Shown here piece by piece: positions 1 to 13,206 of a stretch of 64,000 bases of DNA. The notes beneath the pieces are model-generated. The model ran no database searches and was not told the origin of the DNA. It saw nothing but the letters and a program-made list of their open reading frames with translations. Source of the DNA: Tubulanus polymorphus (lineage: Eukaryota; Animalia; Nemertea). The DNA is taken from NCBI RefSeq assembly GCF_964204645.1, contig NC_134029.1, positions 13,852,850-13,916,849 on the forward strand, written 5' to 3'. The first letter of the stretch is position 1; each line of letters opens with the position of its first letter. Both the position numbers and the translations under genes were made by a program.

Positions 1-2697
1 TTCGCTGGCGTGAAAGAGAGTATGTATTGGTCGGAGATGTCAAAAAGATGTACCATCAAGTTCTCGTTAGCCCAGGTATCGATACTCAAACGCATCGATT
101 CTTATGGCGAAATTATGAGTCGAATCGAGATCCAGATATTTACGTCAAGATGGTCTTAACATTTGGAGATGTATCGTCACCAGCTCTCGCAAATATTGCA
201 ATGGATATGACTGCGGATCAATATAAAACACAGTATCCAGATGCCGTCGCAACGATTAAGCAATGTCGATATATGGATGACATCGCAGATAGTGTGAATA
301 CCGTTTTCGATTTAGAAAAGCGTTGTTGTTAAAGGGAAAATCGGACTGCAGGAATTATGGCGAGTATCAACCGATACCAGAGAAGATGCAAGACAAATGG
401 TTAAGATGGATCGAGGAAATTCGTAAGCTGGAAACACGGAAGTTTGATCGATGTCTAACTCCGGCAAATGCGGCGTCAGATCCAGACCTTGTCATTTTCT
501 GTGATGCATCAAATGTCGCTTTCGGGAGTGTTGCATATTTACGTTTGATATGTGGAGATGGAAAGGTGGAGATAAAGTTTGCGTTGGCGAAGTCGAGGAT
601 TGCACCTATTCGTACGATAAGTCTTCCACGAAAAGAACTACAATCATTGGTATTGGGCTGTAGAATTTATGAGACTATCAAGGTTGAATCGAGACTCGAA
701 ATCAAGAACGTTTACATTTTTACTGATTCGATGATTGCTTACTCGTGGATTCAGAATGACTCGCGGGTATATAAAACATTTGTTGCGAATAGGATCGGAG
801 AAATTCTGTCTAAAACTGAGCATAGTTATTACGGCCATTGTCCGTCGACTGAGAATGTGGCCGATGATATTAGCCGTGGAATCAATGAATCCGATTTAGA
901 TGTTCGCTGGGTTGGTGGGCCAGAATTTCTGCGTCAACCGAAAGATGTATGGCCAGTGTCATATCCTACCGAAACAACCGAGATAGATGATTCCGAACAA
1001 AAACTAGGGTGCGTTATGGTCACAAAACCAAGATTCGAGATAAGTGCGTTGCAGAAAGTTAGCACGTTGAATCGTCTGATACGCCTCGTTGCAATGGTTC
1101 TGCGATTTGTGAAAAATTTGCAGGCGAGAGTTCGGAATAAGAAAGAACAACTTCAAACGGGAGAAGTTACTGCAGCCGAATTAAAGTGCGCGAAAAGCAC
1201 AATCGTGATATTGGCACAAACCGAAGTTAGAAATCGGAAATATGAAGTGGAATTTCGGAAATTATCGCCGGTTGTAGATTCTGCAGGGATTATCCGAGTA
1301 GGAGGTCGACTTGGAAACGCTGATGTAGCTTATGATCAGAAACATCCCGTTCTATTACCAAAGGATCATTTCATATCGAAACTTATCGTGGAACATCAGT
1401 ATCGATATGGTCATCCTGGAGTTGCAGCGACAACCGCGAAGGTCCGACGAGGATTCTGGATAATCGGGTTGAATCGGTTAGCTAAATCGGTAGTGCGCAG
1501 TTGCTTATTTTGTCGTGAAATGTGTGCAAAAGTGGAGGATCAGTACATGGCTGACCTTCCGAGTATTCGATTGAATCCGAGCCCTCCGTTTCAACATACC
1601 GCGTGCAATCTTTTTGGACCGTTTAACGTCCGAATCAAGCGAATGACAACAATGAAAGTTTGGGGTGTTATTTTCACCTGTCTCGCGACTCGTGCAGTGT
1701 ATTGCGATATCGCGCTTGATTACTCGGCACAGGAATTTATTCAAACCTTTCGACGTTTTCTATCTGTAAGAGGAAAACCGGAATCGATGTAGAGTGACAA
1801 TGGGTCTCAACTAGTAGCTGCACAGAAGGAAATTCGGGTCTGGTACGCAAATCACGAAATTTCGTGGCAGTTCATTACACCGATAGCGCCGCATCAGAAC
1901 GGTTGCGCTGTAGCGTTGGTGAAATCCGTTAAAAGGAATTTGAAAATTGTGATTGGAGAACAAGTAGTTGCGCCGTTTGAACTTCAAACTATTATATTTG
2001 AAGTAGCAAATCTCGTTAACGAACGGCCAATTGGAGTGAACTCCAGTGATCCAAACGATGGCAGTTACATTTGTCCGAACGGAATTTTGTTGGGCAGAGC
2101 ATCCGATGACGTACCCCATGGTCCATTTGCGGAGACGCGAAATCCGAGACATCGCGTAGAATAGTCAAAAAATCGTTGATGCGTGGTGGAAAAAATGGTA
2201 TCGAGATGTGTTTCCTCATCTTGCTCCACGGAGGAAATGGAATACTGCGAAACGTGATGTGAAAGTGGGGGATATCGTGTTACTCCATGAACCGAATCCG
2301 ATCCGTAGTAAATGGTGTAAGGGTCGAATATCACATGTATTTCCGAGCGATGATGGACTTATTCGAAATGTAGAAGTAAAAACCGTGACCGGATCGTATC
2401 AGCGTGCAATCACTAGAATAGCTTTTTACTTCCCGTGGAGGAACAATAATTAGTAGTGAAATGTCGTATCATGAGGTGTATACATGGGATTTAAATGTGC
2501 ATTTAATTGAACACGAGATAAAGGTTTATTTTGTATTGCGCAATCTAGAAATAGCTCAGATATTATAAGTTTGTATTATCTGTTTACAGATTTGAATCGT
2601 CCAAAATCTGTTGAATAAAGAAACATCAATTTGATATCCGGAGTTTGTTATTTGTCGGACGTATTCAAAAGCCACCACTTGAAACCCCATCGAGCCA
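1..2697 (+). mobile_element. Decayed BEL/Pao LTR retrotransposon: 3' part of pol plus probable 3' LTR remnant
   Basis: ORFs 27-332 (RT: HRFLWR, LTFG..SSP, YMDD), 323-1792 (Pao RNase H IFCDAS, AKSRIAP, integrase Zn finger GHPG..C..C), 1916-2164 and 2208-2453 (integrase C-terminus, KVGDIVLL...W.KGRI). Stops and frameshifts throughout. AATAAA at ~2614; sequence ends ...GAGCCA at 2697, where the Helentron-like repeat begins. Confidence 0.9.
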
Positions 2698-3298
2698 CGC
2701 GTTACAGCTTCACCTTTAGTAGTGTACTGTACGAGCTCGTGTGTGTGTTATGTAGCACTCCGCGCGGACGTGGAGGCCTCGTGTAAGTGAATGTTCGCTT
2801 ACACTTCAATGTCAATCTAAACAATCACCGGGTATTAAAATGAAACAATACCTTTGGCGGATGTGTGAAATAATTACATCCTCACCAGCAATGAGCATTT
2901 GAAATTCGCACGTATACGGCACCTAGTCTAATGAAACGTACGCCATTCTGTGGCTTTCCAATCATTATTTTAGTAGCGCCGGAATTCCCCGTATATCCCA
3001 AAAACAGCCAATCCCATTCGCTCGTATAGAGACGACGCCCCCCCCCCCCCCCCAATCGAGGTCATTGCAATTTTATACGCGAAAGCTAAGAATTTTCCCG
3101 CCAAAAACAGTTTTTCGTAGAATTTTAACAATGTTGACCATGTCATCGAAGGAGGTTCGCCACGTCTTCAATCGCATCGATTATACGTCGTTTAAGCCGA
3201 GAACCAATGAAACAAATGCTCACATAAAACACATACCGCGATTTTACATGAATTGGCTCAATGCCAACATCATATCGCTGACAAAGGTAAACCAAAAA
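2698..3298 (-). mobile_element. Helentron-like non-autonomous repeat, copy 1 (partial, interrupted by the Pao element)
   Basis: Closely similar to the right-hand part of the copies at 21769-23491, 25332-26971 and 62705-63835. Ends in GCTGACAAAGGTAAACCAAAAA. Confidence 0.8.
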
Positions 3299-3301
3299 GA
3301 G

Positions 3302-5597
3302 TCATCGCAAATTACAGGCGAATTACTGTGTCGAATTCAATTCAATTCCAGAGGGCCTGGCCTATGCAATGGGAGTCAATTAAGATTCAACGTTTTGAAA
3401 AACCAGCACAGATGCCTATTCAAATCACAAAAATTCATTTTTTTAGTTTGATGTCCCTGTTTTTATCGTGCACGTGGTTAAAATTATTATTTACATCGAA
3501 TGTCTTCAACAGCTGATAAAACTGCACCCGCGTCTTCCAATCATCTTAATAGATATATACTAAAATGCTCACTATGAAAAAACCGTGAATCAATCAGGAA
3601 TTTTTCAGTAGATTGTCACACTAGGTACCTTCCTTTACAGATTTATTTGTTGTATGTCATTAACAATCAGTTATAATTGTCCTCATTTAGTAGTTTTTCC
3701 AGGATGCCGTGTCAAAAAAGTCATGTTGTTTGTCCTGTATTGACAAGATTGGATCCTGTACGAAAGAAGCACATGTCTTTGTTGCCCATTGAATAATTCC
3801 AAGAACTGTTTCACCAAAAGCATGTTCTGAACAAAATTTTTTAGATATTGCATTTATTATCAAGATAACTATAGGCTTAGGGGACTGCCCAAGCCCCGAA
3901 TTACAATGTTACTTATTAAAATGTTGAATATATTGCTGTCACCAGCTCCATGTGTTCTGCTTTCCTTGTTAGGCCCATTCATTAATTTTGCTTGCCAGCT
4001 CCCTTTAGCCGAGGAGTCTTTTCAGTTGTTCATCAATGGGCTTGTACACAAAAAAAATGTACTTTTTCCTCTAATGTTGCCTTATCTACTGTATATCACA
4101 TAATGAACATTTGTATCATACCTGCAGTTTTTTGAATGTCTTATATACATGGCTGTAATCTGATCATGAAAATATCTTAGCTGCGCGAAGTAATAACTTG
4201 TTATGTCATTACGTGATCGCGTAACTGGTTCGCGCAGATCGTCAGTTTCTGACCTTTATATACCTGTATTTGTTTAACAGCTGAAGTATTTTCCGCGATA
4301 CACCAGAATACTGATCGTACACCTGAATAGACATCCAGCAGTATGGCATACAATCATTGCAAGATGAAGATGCTGTTGGCGGGATCATTGATTGTATCAT
4401 ATCTAAGGGAAAGTTTCTTCCAAGGCAACCGCCTGAGTATGTGAGCTGTATTTTCAAATCCTTGGAGATACGCAATTGTATAGGAGAGTGTTGCCAGACT
4501 TCCGGAAATTTCCAAAGTTCCGGAAATCAAAACTTTCAACAAAGAAATTCCCGGAAATTTTCTGCCGTTCTACTTTGTCTAATAAACGATTTCTACTAAA
4601 ATTGTTTTTTTAATATTCATGAGCGATAGTTTACTCAGCATACGGCTCCCGTAATGCTCCCGAAATACTAAGTTATTCTACTATTAAACGCCCCCTGGTG
4701 ACCATATACAAAACCCAATGAGTTTGAAACTCACCCCAATCATAAAACATGTCCTACAACTTTGCAATTGGTCATGGTAGCAAAATATGCCTAGGTACCA
4801 ATATAATAAGGAAATACTAAGTTATTCTACTATTCAACGCCTCCTGGTGACCATATAGAATAACAAGAGGCCCACGGGCCTTATACCTTCATGACACAGT
4901 AGAAGATTCAGTATTCAAAGTTTTCCAGAAAGATTGACATTGTAACGATGTAACAATTTTTAAAATAGTTAAGATAGTATAGGCTATGTGGCGATAATGT
5001 TCATTTTCTGTTAATATATCCTTACATGAAAAGACAAGCCCATTTTAGCTGCCCCAAATATCACACTACATGAAAAAATGCATCAAGAATTGGTGTAGGC
5101 ATCGTGCTGAAAAGAAATCCATGATGGATGGCAATCCTGGTGGCCATACTTGAACTCAATTTTCAAGACATTTCACCTATCAAAATTCTTACACCTAGTA
5201 TCATGAAAATGCATCAAGAATTGCAGGCCGTTTCGTGCTGGAAATTCAAGATGGCTGACCTGGTGGCCATATTTGAAAGCCGATGAGCCCCAAATGCTAA
5301 AGGCATGGACAGCTTACCTACCCTGATCCTTACACCAAATTTGTGATAATCCATCAAGAATTGCAGGCTGCATGGTGCAAACAAGAAATTTAAGATGCCA
5401 ACCCCAATGGCAGCCACATTTGATCACCAATGACCCCATCTTCAAGCTTATTTTCAAAAAGATTCATCACAAATTACAGGCAAATTACTGTGTCGAATTC
5501 AACTCAATTCCGGAGGGCCTGACTTAGGCCTATGCAATAGGAGTCAATTAAGATTCGACTTTTTGAAAAACCAGCACAGATGCCTATTCAAATCACA
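3302..5597. repeat. ~130 bp dispersed direct repeat (about 3302-3430 and 5465-5597)
   Basis: CATC.CAAATTACAGGC.AATTACTGTGTCGAATTCAA...GAAAAACCAGCACAGATGCCTATTCAAATCACA occurs at both positions. Confidence 0.75.
4662..4860. repeat. ~150 bp tandem unit (1.3 copies), same family as 53050-53350
   Basis: GAAATACTAAGTTATT..A.T.TT.AACGCC.CCTGGTG.CCATATA repeated at ~4662 and ~4811, and again at 53050-53350. Confidence 0.75.
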
Positions 5598-5777
5598 TGT
5601 AATTAAAAAATTCAGTGCTTCCATGGTGGTCAAAGCCGACACAACAGCAAGGTCACCTGACCTTAGAAATATTCATGATCAGGAATAGTTACAATATCAA
5701 AAAACTTCTACAGTTATTTCACATTGATGGTATATTTGACCTTGTAAATTTGAATTGACGACTGACATATCTGCCAA

Positions 5778-5897
5778 TTAATCTTTTCCATCAATTTTCA
5801 GCAATGCTCGTGCCATCTTGATTCCTTCAGAAACATTTCTTGCCGCTCTCAAAGCCAATGCTGACCTTCTATCCACGCTGCGTACTAAATCATTCAC
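5778..5897 (-). CDS. Naam: Nicotinamidase, terminal coding exon
   Basis: Acceptor TTTTGTAG, phase 0, translates VNDLVRSVDRRSALALRAARNVSEGIKMARALLKIDGKD*. Joins in frame to ...YVTSDE of the 24138-23996 exon and resembles the V..MV...DRR C-terminal motif of metazoan nicotinamidases as I recall it. Not in the ORF track. Confidence 0.8.
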   Translation of the reverse strand: MNDLVRSVDRRSALALRAARNVSEGIKMARALLKIDGKD

Positions 5898-8131
5898 CTA
5901 CAAAACGTGATAACACATAAGCCTACAATAGGGTCAGTGTAGTGTTTTCCTGAAATATGAACAAATTTGTGTAGTCAATACTGAAAAATTGGACCATTAC
6001 TTTGGTAAGCGAGTGCTGGGTAATTTTCTGGGAAAATATGAGTGTACCAAGGTCAAGGGGCTTTTTTTTTACTACTATACTAACAACATCCAAAATGGAA
6101 CTCAGCCATAATATCATATCAAGTTTTCCTTGGAAGCGTAGGAGAGCTAACGAGAAGATGGCCATATTGGATGAGCGAGAAAGCTGATTTTCAACATTAC
6201 AAATACCAAGTTTAAAAGATATTGCACGTTATTTGATGTGTGAAGAGCACTAACAAGAAATTCAAGATATTCTCTGTGGCAGCGATTTTGGATGAGTAAG
6301 AAAGGTAAATTTTGAAAGATTTCATTCATGGACTCACCCCATTACACATACTAAGTTAAAAAGAAAATGCATGTAATCTCATGTGGGTAAAGCGCTAGCA
6401 ATAAATTCAAGGTATGCCATGGTGGCCATATTGGAAGCGGTAGAAAGCTGCTAGTTTTAGAAAGGTTTCATCCGTGAGCCAACCCCAATAACGTGCACGT
6501 CATTTAATGTGTGTAGAATGCTAAAAAGACATGTGCAACGTGGCAGCCATATTGGAGTACGATTATTAATTCTATTAGCGATGATTTGTATTCTTTGCTG
6601 AATAAGCTCATACTTAGAACAAGATCGGTTATATTCTTGGAGATTTTAATATTCATTTACTTAAAATACTTGACCATAAGCCAACTGAAGTATTTCTTGA
6701 TAATATGGTAGCCTTCTCATTTACCCCTTTGATTGATAAATCTACGAGGATTACAAATTTTTCATCTACCATTATAGATATTTCAGGGCACTTTAAATGA
6801 TATTAACGAAGACGAATTACGTTGATTCTTTTTCACATAAGACACGTTTATTTGTTTCACATCAAACACTAGAACTGAAAATAAATAACATATAGACGTA
6901 ATGAATAAAATAAATAACTCTATAATAAATCAATTATATATACACTTAGGCTCACAAGCCTTCAATCAAACGCTATATCCTTCTACACACAGCCTACTGC
7001 TTCACACAAAGATTCACAAGTTCTCCTCAATATCAAATCCTACCCAGTTTTTGTGGAAAAGCATGTTTATTTATCTTGCCTTCAGCTAAGAGAAAATATA
7101 CATTGTTATCAAATTCATGAGCACAAGAAAATGACAAATTACTGAAAAAAGAATTTTCCAACAATTATTAGAGATTGGCCCAGTGAACCGTGTAATCTGC
7201 CATGTCTAATCTCAGAAAGTAAAATTTAGAGGTCATAGGACCTTTAAAAACAAATCACATTCAACTAACTAAAGGACAAAAGGTCCTGTGCTCTCGAGGT
7301 ACAGTTTTTTATAATATCGATGAAAACATATTACATCATTCTATTACTCTTTAAATTATGCAGATCTGTTTGCTTTGACAACTGCCCTGGGCACTATGGT
7401 GAGACTTGACGCCTCGGACAGTGGTAGGCAAAAGAAAATACGTCAGATCGATTTGTTTTGCTTTGAGCTTTAGAGTGAAATATGGCTGGTTATATGACCA
7501 ATGTCTATCACTTTCAAAGACATTTAATAATAATTGAATCGATGACAACTTAAATGAACATCGATTAAGAACTTTATTTCATTCAAAATAATAATTTCCC
7601 ATGGGCCAAGAGGTTTTACCACAGCCTCCTGAAGTGCAGAGATGAGATGATAAGTCGAAGTTCAAAATACCAGTAAACAATTGATGCAATTCGTAATATA
7701 GGAGTAGATTCGTTGACGGTCAAAAGAATGAACTGTAGCAGCTACATCGGTGTGTTGCAAATCCAAGGACAGAGCGGCGATACTGCACCAGTCTTTTTGC
7801 CGACAATCTGCACCCGCAGCCAGACCGGTTCCATCGCCCATATCGAGACAGTCGCAGCCGCAGCCACGACTAGAGCACACACGATGACCATACGAAGACG
7901 GGATGTTGCGGACAAGCCGTGTCGTGACAATGAATGGCGATTACTTATAGCCTAAACAATACTAGTTCACCTGTTCGGTGTTTTCTACATGCAAATAGGT
8001 ATTGCGTAATTTCATCCGAATATTCATAAACACGTTGTATTCACTAAAATAACCACTGGCACCAATATGCACCAAAAATAAATTTTAGAATACAATATAT
8101 TTTCAAATTAATATTTCTATTTTCAAACAAT

Positions 8132-8753
8132 CAGGGATGAGAACGCCGACCTGTAAAATCCGCGCATTTTTTTTCTTGAAGTTACACACGCGAACCAGCT
8201 GACAGCGTAGCCGTCAGCACTACCGAGCGCCAAAGGCGCGAAACTATTTCGGGGGGTTTTGGGGCCACCCCCCAAGAAAATTTTAGAAATTAAATGCGTT
8301 TTCCGAGCACTTAGAGCGATCTTGAACCCATGAACGACTATTATATTTTGGAAGGTAATGGCTAGTTCCAAAGTGGTACATCCTCATTCGATGACATTCA
8401 GCATCTCATGCATTACGGGTCGAGCCCTGAATTATTGCAGTAAAAATGCGCCGATGAGTGCTCACTAATCTGATCGATAAAATACATACACACTCATCGT
8501 AGTACAAATGTAGATACAAGATCACTGTGTTGCAATGAATATGCATTGAAATGCGATACTTTTACGTGACGATAAGTAAAACAGGCACTGAACGCTTTTA
8601 CGGTTCACCTGATTACCGATCGCGCCAGACCAATTGAGTGAGATCATCACCCCCCCATACTTTTACATCATTTTTGAACTATTTGGAAAATTGATATTTT
8701 TTAATACCGAAATCTGCGGGAAACCGCGGATCCGCGGGGAATTCTCATCCCTG
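8132..8753. mobile_element. MITE with CAGGGATGAGAA termini (hAT-like)
   Basis: CAGGGATGAGAA ... TTCTCATCCCTG; flanks AACAAT / TACAAT (probable 6-bp TSD). Related copy at 31125-31796. Confidence 0.75.
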
Positions 8754-8859
8754 TACAATATAGATTTAGAATTAAAGTTTGGCAAGGAAAATGTGTTACT
8801 AAACAATCTATTGATGGGACTCTGTAGCAGGTGCCCATAGCTCTGATTGGTTGTTGTGA

Positions 8860-9769
8860 AGCATAGGGAACCCCGTTAATGAGGAATTTCCAAACAAACT
8901 AATGGATGTTTATAAAAATTCTATTCCGAACCGTTTTGTTACTATTAGAAATACTTCATAACCCATGGGTTTAATGATAAGATTAGAAGTGAAATAAATC
9001 GTAGAAATAGGTATCGAAAATTATCGAAAGCATAAGAAAACTGGTAACCCTCATTATTTCAATAGCTATAAATTGCAGTCAAACTATGTAAATCGCCTGA
9101 TTGCTGAACAAAGAGAGAACCATGAAAATAAATTACTAAATGGCCTTGGAAGTACATCATCATCAAAACGTAATTACTGGGCAATTATTAGAAAACTATT
9201 GGGTGATAAATTTGATAGTGGTAAACCAACTCTCTTTGATCAAGAATCAAACAAAGAATGTACCTCGAGTTTCGAAAAAGCTAACTTATTACTGAATTCG
9301 GTGACAAAAAAATATCATAACGTCAAAAACTTTGATGATTTTCCTGATTTCCCAGACCGATGTGTAAATAATGTTACAATTAACTTAACATTTCCGGATT
9401 CTATCTTCAAATTGATACAACAGTTGCCTATTAATAAAGCCTGTGGTCCGGATGGTATAACAAACAGAATGTTAAAAGCTTCAAAACATCAGGTTTCACC
9501 TCTGATTTCTGAGCCTTATATATAATCGTCAGTCTGGCTTTCTGCCAGGTCACAGTACCTGCGACCAAATTCTAGCAATATCACAGAAATCTCGACGTTC
9601 GTTCTGTATATTTAGACATTAGTGTCGCATTCGATTCAGTTCCGCATAAGCTGTTACTTCATAAATGAAAGGCTTATGGTGTAAGGGGAAACGTTTGGAA
9701 TATAATAGAAAATTATTTAACGAACCGTAAGATTAAGGTAAAGGTGGATGGTATATTCTCTGATACATC
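8860..9769 (+). mobile_element. CR1/L2-group LINE, 5' portion of ORF2 (decayed)
   Basis: ORF 9073-9525 has KANLLL and KACGPDGITNRMLK. Downstream broken frames give LDIS.AFDSVPH.LLL and YGVRG...ENYL.NRKIKVKVDGIFSD. The left boundary is approximate. Confidence 0.85.
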
Positions 9770-9965
9770 CAGGTATATAAACTGCCTATTTTTGTAACTT
9801 GCTCATACAGTTGCTCATGAGCATTTTTTAGGTTTTGTAAGTTGCTCACATCTACTGAGGTGAGCCAGTGTAGGGTTTTTGAAAGTTGCTCACATCTACT
9901 GAAAGAGTTTTTCAAGTTGCTCATACATTCTAAAAATGATTAAATAGGCCTATCAAGCTACCAAA

Positions 9966-10372
9966 TCTTAAACTTAACTACACCAACTATTCAACTTTCT
10001 ATAACATTGTATAGACTAATTTTACTCTAAAATATAGATGTCTCTAATTTGCTTTAGACTGATTTAGCCTACTTACTTACTCTTAAAGCTCACTCCCTAA
10101 TTAGCCGTAAGTCCCTATCAAATTTCCCCTAATTGCCTTAAGACTGATGTCACCCTAAAATATAAATTTCTTAAACTTAACTACACCAACTATTCAACTT
10201 TCTATAACATTGTATAGACTAATTTTACTCTAAAATATAGATGTCTCTTATTTGCTTTAGACTAAATTTAGCCTACTTACTTACTCTTAAAGCTCACTCC
10301 CTTCTTAGCCATAAGTCCCTATCAAATTTCCCCTAATTGCCTTAAGACTGATGTCACCCTAAAATATAAATT
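9966..10372. repeat. ~203 bp near-perfect tandem duplication in the left subterminal region of the KDZ element
   Basis: TCTTAAACTTAACTACACCAACTATTCAAC...CACCCTAAAATATAAATTTC starts at ~9966 and ~10169. Confidence 0.9.
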
Positions 10373-10443
10373 TCATTAATTTGCCTCTACACTAGTATAC
10401 TGACTAGTATACAGTTTACTTTAAACAATCAGATGATAATATG

Positions 10444-10477
10444 TATAAAAGCCTTGCTTCAGTGTGGTATATCAGTC
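10444..10477 (+). promoter_or_regulatory. TATA box plus initiator core promoter of the NRF1-like gene
   Basis: TATAAAA at 10444-10450 and Inr-like TCAGTC at 10472-10477 (+1 A is 30 nt after the first T of the TATA box); ATG follows at 10524. Confidence 0.6.
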
Positions 10478-10523
10478 GGAAAACTTATTTTGTCGTGGAC
10501 ACGTATATATGTAATTATCATTG

Positions 10524-12469
10524 ATGGATACCGCTACGCAACGTGCAGTTAACCGCATTGTAAAAGGTGTAAATTCGTATGTGAAGGACACATCCATGGA
10601 TGCTGGAGCTGTTTTTTTTACACAGATAAAATAACCAAACAAAAAACACTAGGAATTGTTGGATCGCCATTAATGCGCGCAGCGTTCGAGGATAACAAGG
10701 ACATTATTGCGGAGTCTATTGCCAATGGATTAACTTCAGTGACGGTAATACCTCCAGGGGAATGTATAACTGCTCCAGTTGTGGAGTTCAAGTTACCTAA
10801 CATAATGATCGACTATGGGAAACCACTGTCCCGATTACCACTGACAGATTTGCGGGTGATAATTCCAACTGAGGTGTTAATATCCAAATTGATGGACAAT
10901 CCAAATGCTGAAAAATTGCCTCGATGGGGAAATGAGAGTAAAAGAACGCCATGGTGGCCAGCGGATTGCAAGTGGCTAAATCTGAGATATGACAAAAGAG
11001 ATGCATCAGAAAAAAAGGGAGAATCAGCAGCAAATGTGTGTCGCAGAATAATCACTGCGGCATATAGATATCATAATGTATTGAGTCTTACTGGTAAGTC
11101 TATTAAATTTTATGATTTATGATAACTAGCAGGCCATTACCATCAACAAAAACAGGGAACCTCCCTGAGCAGACAGGCCACCATCATCATAAAACATAAT
11201 TTTAATCTTATTTCATTTCTTATTTATGCAGGTGATGAGAATGGTCTTAGCAATGAAGTCACCTCTGCTACAACCGTTGATGCTGCATATATAAACAGTA
11301 CATATGCAATCCCCAGTGACCCCGCTACTCCGTTAAGTATGTAATAAAAATCATATGCTAAAATTAAATAACATCTATTTGATAATCATATATTGCAGTA
11401 TCTTAGTGAAACTGGCTGTTTTGCCAACCTATAGTTTATTACGTAAGAACCTCTACAATTATAGTTTAATACTTTTTTGTACTTTTATACTTCAGTTGAA
11501 GACTTCCCAACCAGCACCAGTAATGAGACGTATATTTTCCTCTTAATTCGACATCCGAAGCCACTGAAATTGATAACTTGGATATTGGTAGTAAGTATAA
11601 AAGTAATATGCATTATTGATGCTATTAGTGAATTCATGTACCCATTATTGTGTATATATTACATTCTCAAAATAATTTAGATTGTTTCTATTTTTCCGAT
11701 TCATAATGATATTTTTTGCCAGTAGGGGGTCATTCATTTATTACGTACGCATTAGGGGAGGGGGAGGGGGTCAGTGCAATTGCGTACTGTAATGCTTAAT
11801 GTATATGAAAAAATGGCCGATTTTGCGTACAGAGGGGGAGGGGGGTTGAAAATTTTAAATTTTATGCGTACGTAATAAATGAATGATCCCTAGGTTTTTG
11901 CTTGTAGATAATTTGGTGCCTATTTCCATTTTCAGATGTTTCTAAAATCATAGAGGCAGTAAATAATGCAAGTGATTTAATGAACTTGAATTTTTCATAC
12001 TTACTGGCGGAAAGTGTTGGTAAGTCTTATTTTGATTTTAAATTGATAATGAAAACGTCACAAAACAGCTTCCCTTGAATGATTGTTCTATTCAGTAATT
12101 ATTCTGTTATTTAAATAGAAAATAGATATTGTGAAGAGAAACAATCTGATGATTCGCTACATACTCCGAATACTACTATGATTTGTGACAATATTCAGAA
12201 CCAAACACATTCGGACAGTATTCCTGCAGGTAAATTGAAATTATATCCTTTTAAGAGGGATGAGATAATCAGAAAGAAAACAAGAAATTTGCAGTTTATG
12301 TGTTTGCTCATATTTTTCATTTCTTTTTCAAACAGATGTGACTAGAGATTTGTCCAACAGCACTCAGAATGTTGCACCAGTCCGCCAAAGTCGTGCCCGA
12401 AAGGTTACCAAAAGAATGGAGGAATGGAAGAAAATGGAAGGGAAACGTCGACGAATTGTTAAATTCTAA
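10524..12469 (+). CDS. Transposon-borne NRF1/EWG/P3A2-family DNA-binding-domain protein; 6 exons, two apparent 1-nt frameshifts (possibly a pseudogene)
   Basis: Exons 10524-11093, 11232-11336, 11496-~11590, 11936-12019, 12119-12229 and 12336-12469, with GT-AG phase-1 introns. Exon 1 has LTDLRVIIP...PRWGNESKRTPWWPADCKWLNLRYDKRDASEKKGESAANVCRRIITAAYRYHN, matching NRF1 QLRAFIP...PGWGKESCKPIWWPEDIPWANVRSDVRTEEQKQRVSWTQALRTIVKNCYKQHG as I recall it. Basic NLS-like C-terminus RKVTKR...KRRRIVKF*. Confidence 0.8.
11726..11890. mobile_element. 165 bp MITE in intron 3 of the NRF1-like gene (PIF/Harbinger-like)
   Basis: TIR GGGGTCATTCATTTATTACGTACGCA ... TGCGTACGTAATAAATGAATGATCCC, with TAG on both flanks. 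Confidence 0.8.
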
Positions 12470-12503
12470 TTGTCAGACATGTAAATATACAAAATTCGAT
12501 GTA

Positions 12504-13111
12504 CCGTATTTTCCGGCCAATAAGACGAGGGCAGTTTTTTAGCATAAAATACATGGATTTCATAAAGCTTCGCCCAATAAGCCGAGGCCCTTCATCAGAG
12601 ATTTTAATTCACTGATTTGTCAATTAGTTCGTCTTAATTGACGATTTAAGAGGCTGACAGTATCGCCCGCCGATGTGTGAGAGTGCTGTGTATACTATCA
12701 TCGCCGAGTGACTGTGCTATATATAGACTCACTCAGCTGATTACTATACACACAGCCATACACGCAGTACGCGGCTCACTGCTGATTTGCGTATATACTA
12801 ATGTATGAACTGACACGTGGTAGTACGATGAACTCGCGCATTATATTAATGTATACCATTGCCGCTGTGCGGTGATGGAACAATCAAAGTAAAAATAAAA
12901 TAGTTCAAAATAGATTATAATTGGTAGTAAACAATGACCTCAAATAAATATCGACCACTTTTCTTGATTTTGACGATCATTGAGAGCATTAGAGTGGCAT
13001 AGATCGGGAAGTGATTTTTTATGTCAGATCGTATCCGCCCAATAAGCCGATCACGATATTTTGGGTAAAAATCTGAGGCTTGAAAATCGGCTTATTGGCC
13101 GGAAAATACGG
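12504..13111. mobile_element. Tc1/mariner (pogo/Tigger-like) MITE
   Basis: TA|CCGTATTTTCCGGCCAATAAG ... CTTATTGGCCGGAAAATACGG|TA. Confidence 0.85.
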
Positions 13112-13206
13112 TATATGAGTATTTTAAACTTTTTGATCAATATAGTTATTGCTTGCTTACAAATGATTGCTTTCTTTCCTTATCAGCATATAAACACACA
13201 CCGTGG

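Noticed and set aside
3065-3516. Recurring ORFs such as MQFYTRKLRIFPPK... (also 26741, 22411, 25986, 26430, 51081)
   Set aside because: These are chance frames in the Helentron-like repeat; frames and stops are not conserved between copies.
10524-12469. The host NRF1/ewg ortholog
   Set aside because: It is much more divergent than true orthologs, lacks the conserved N-terminal RKR...NPS.RKRQQTRL segment, and lies inside TIRs and a TSD. No gene symbol assigned.
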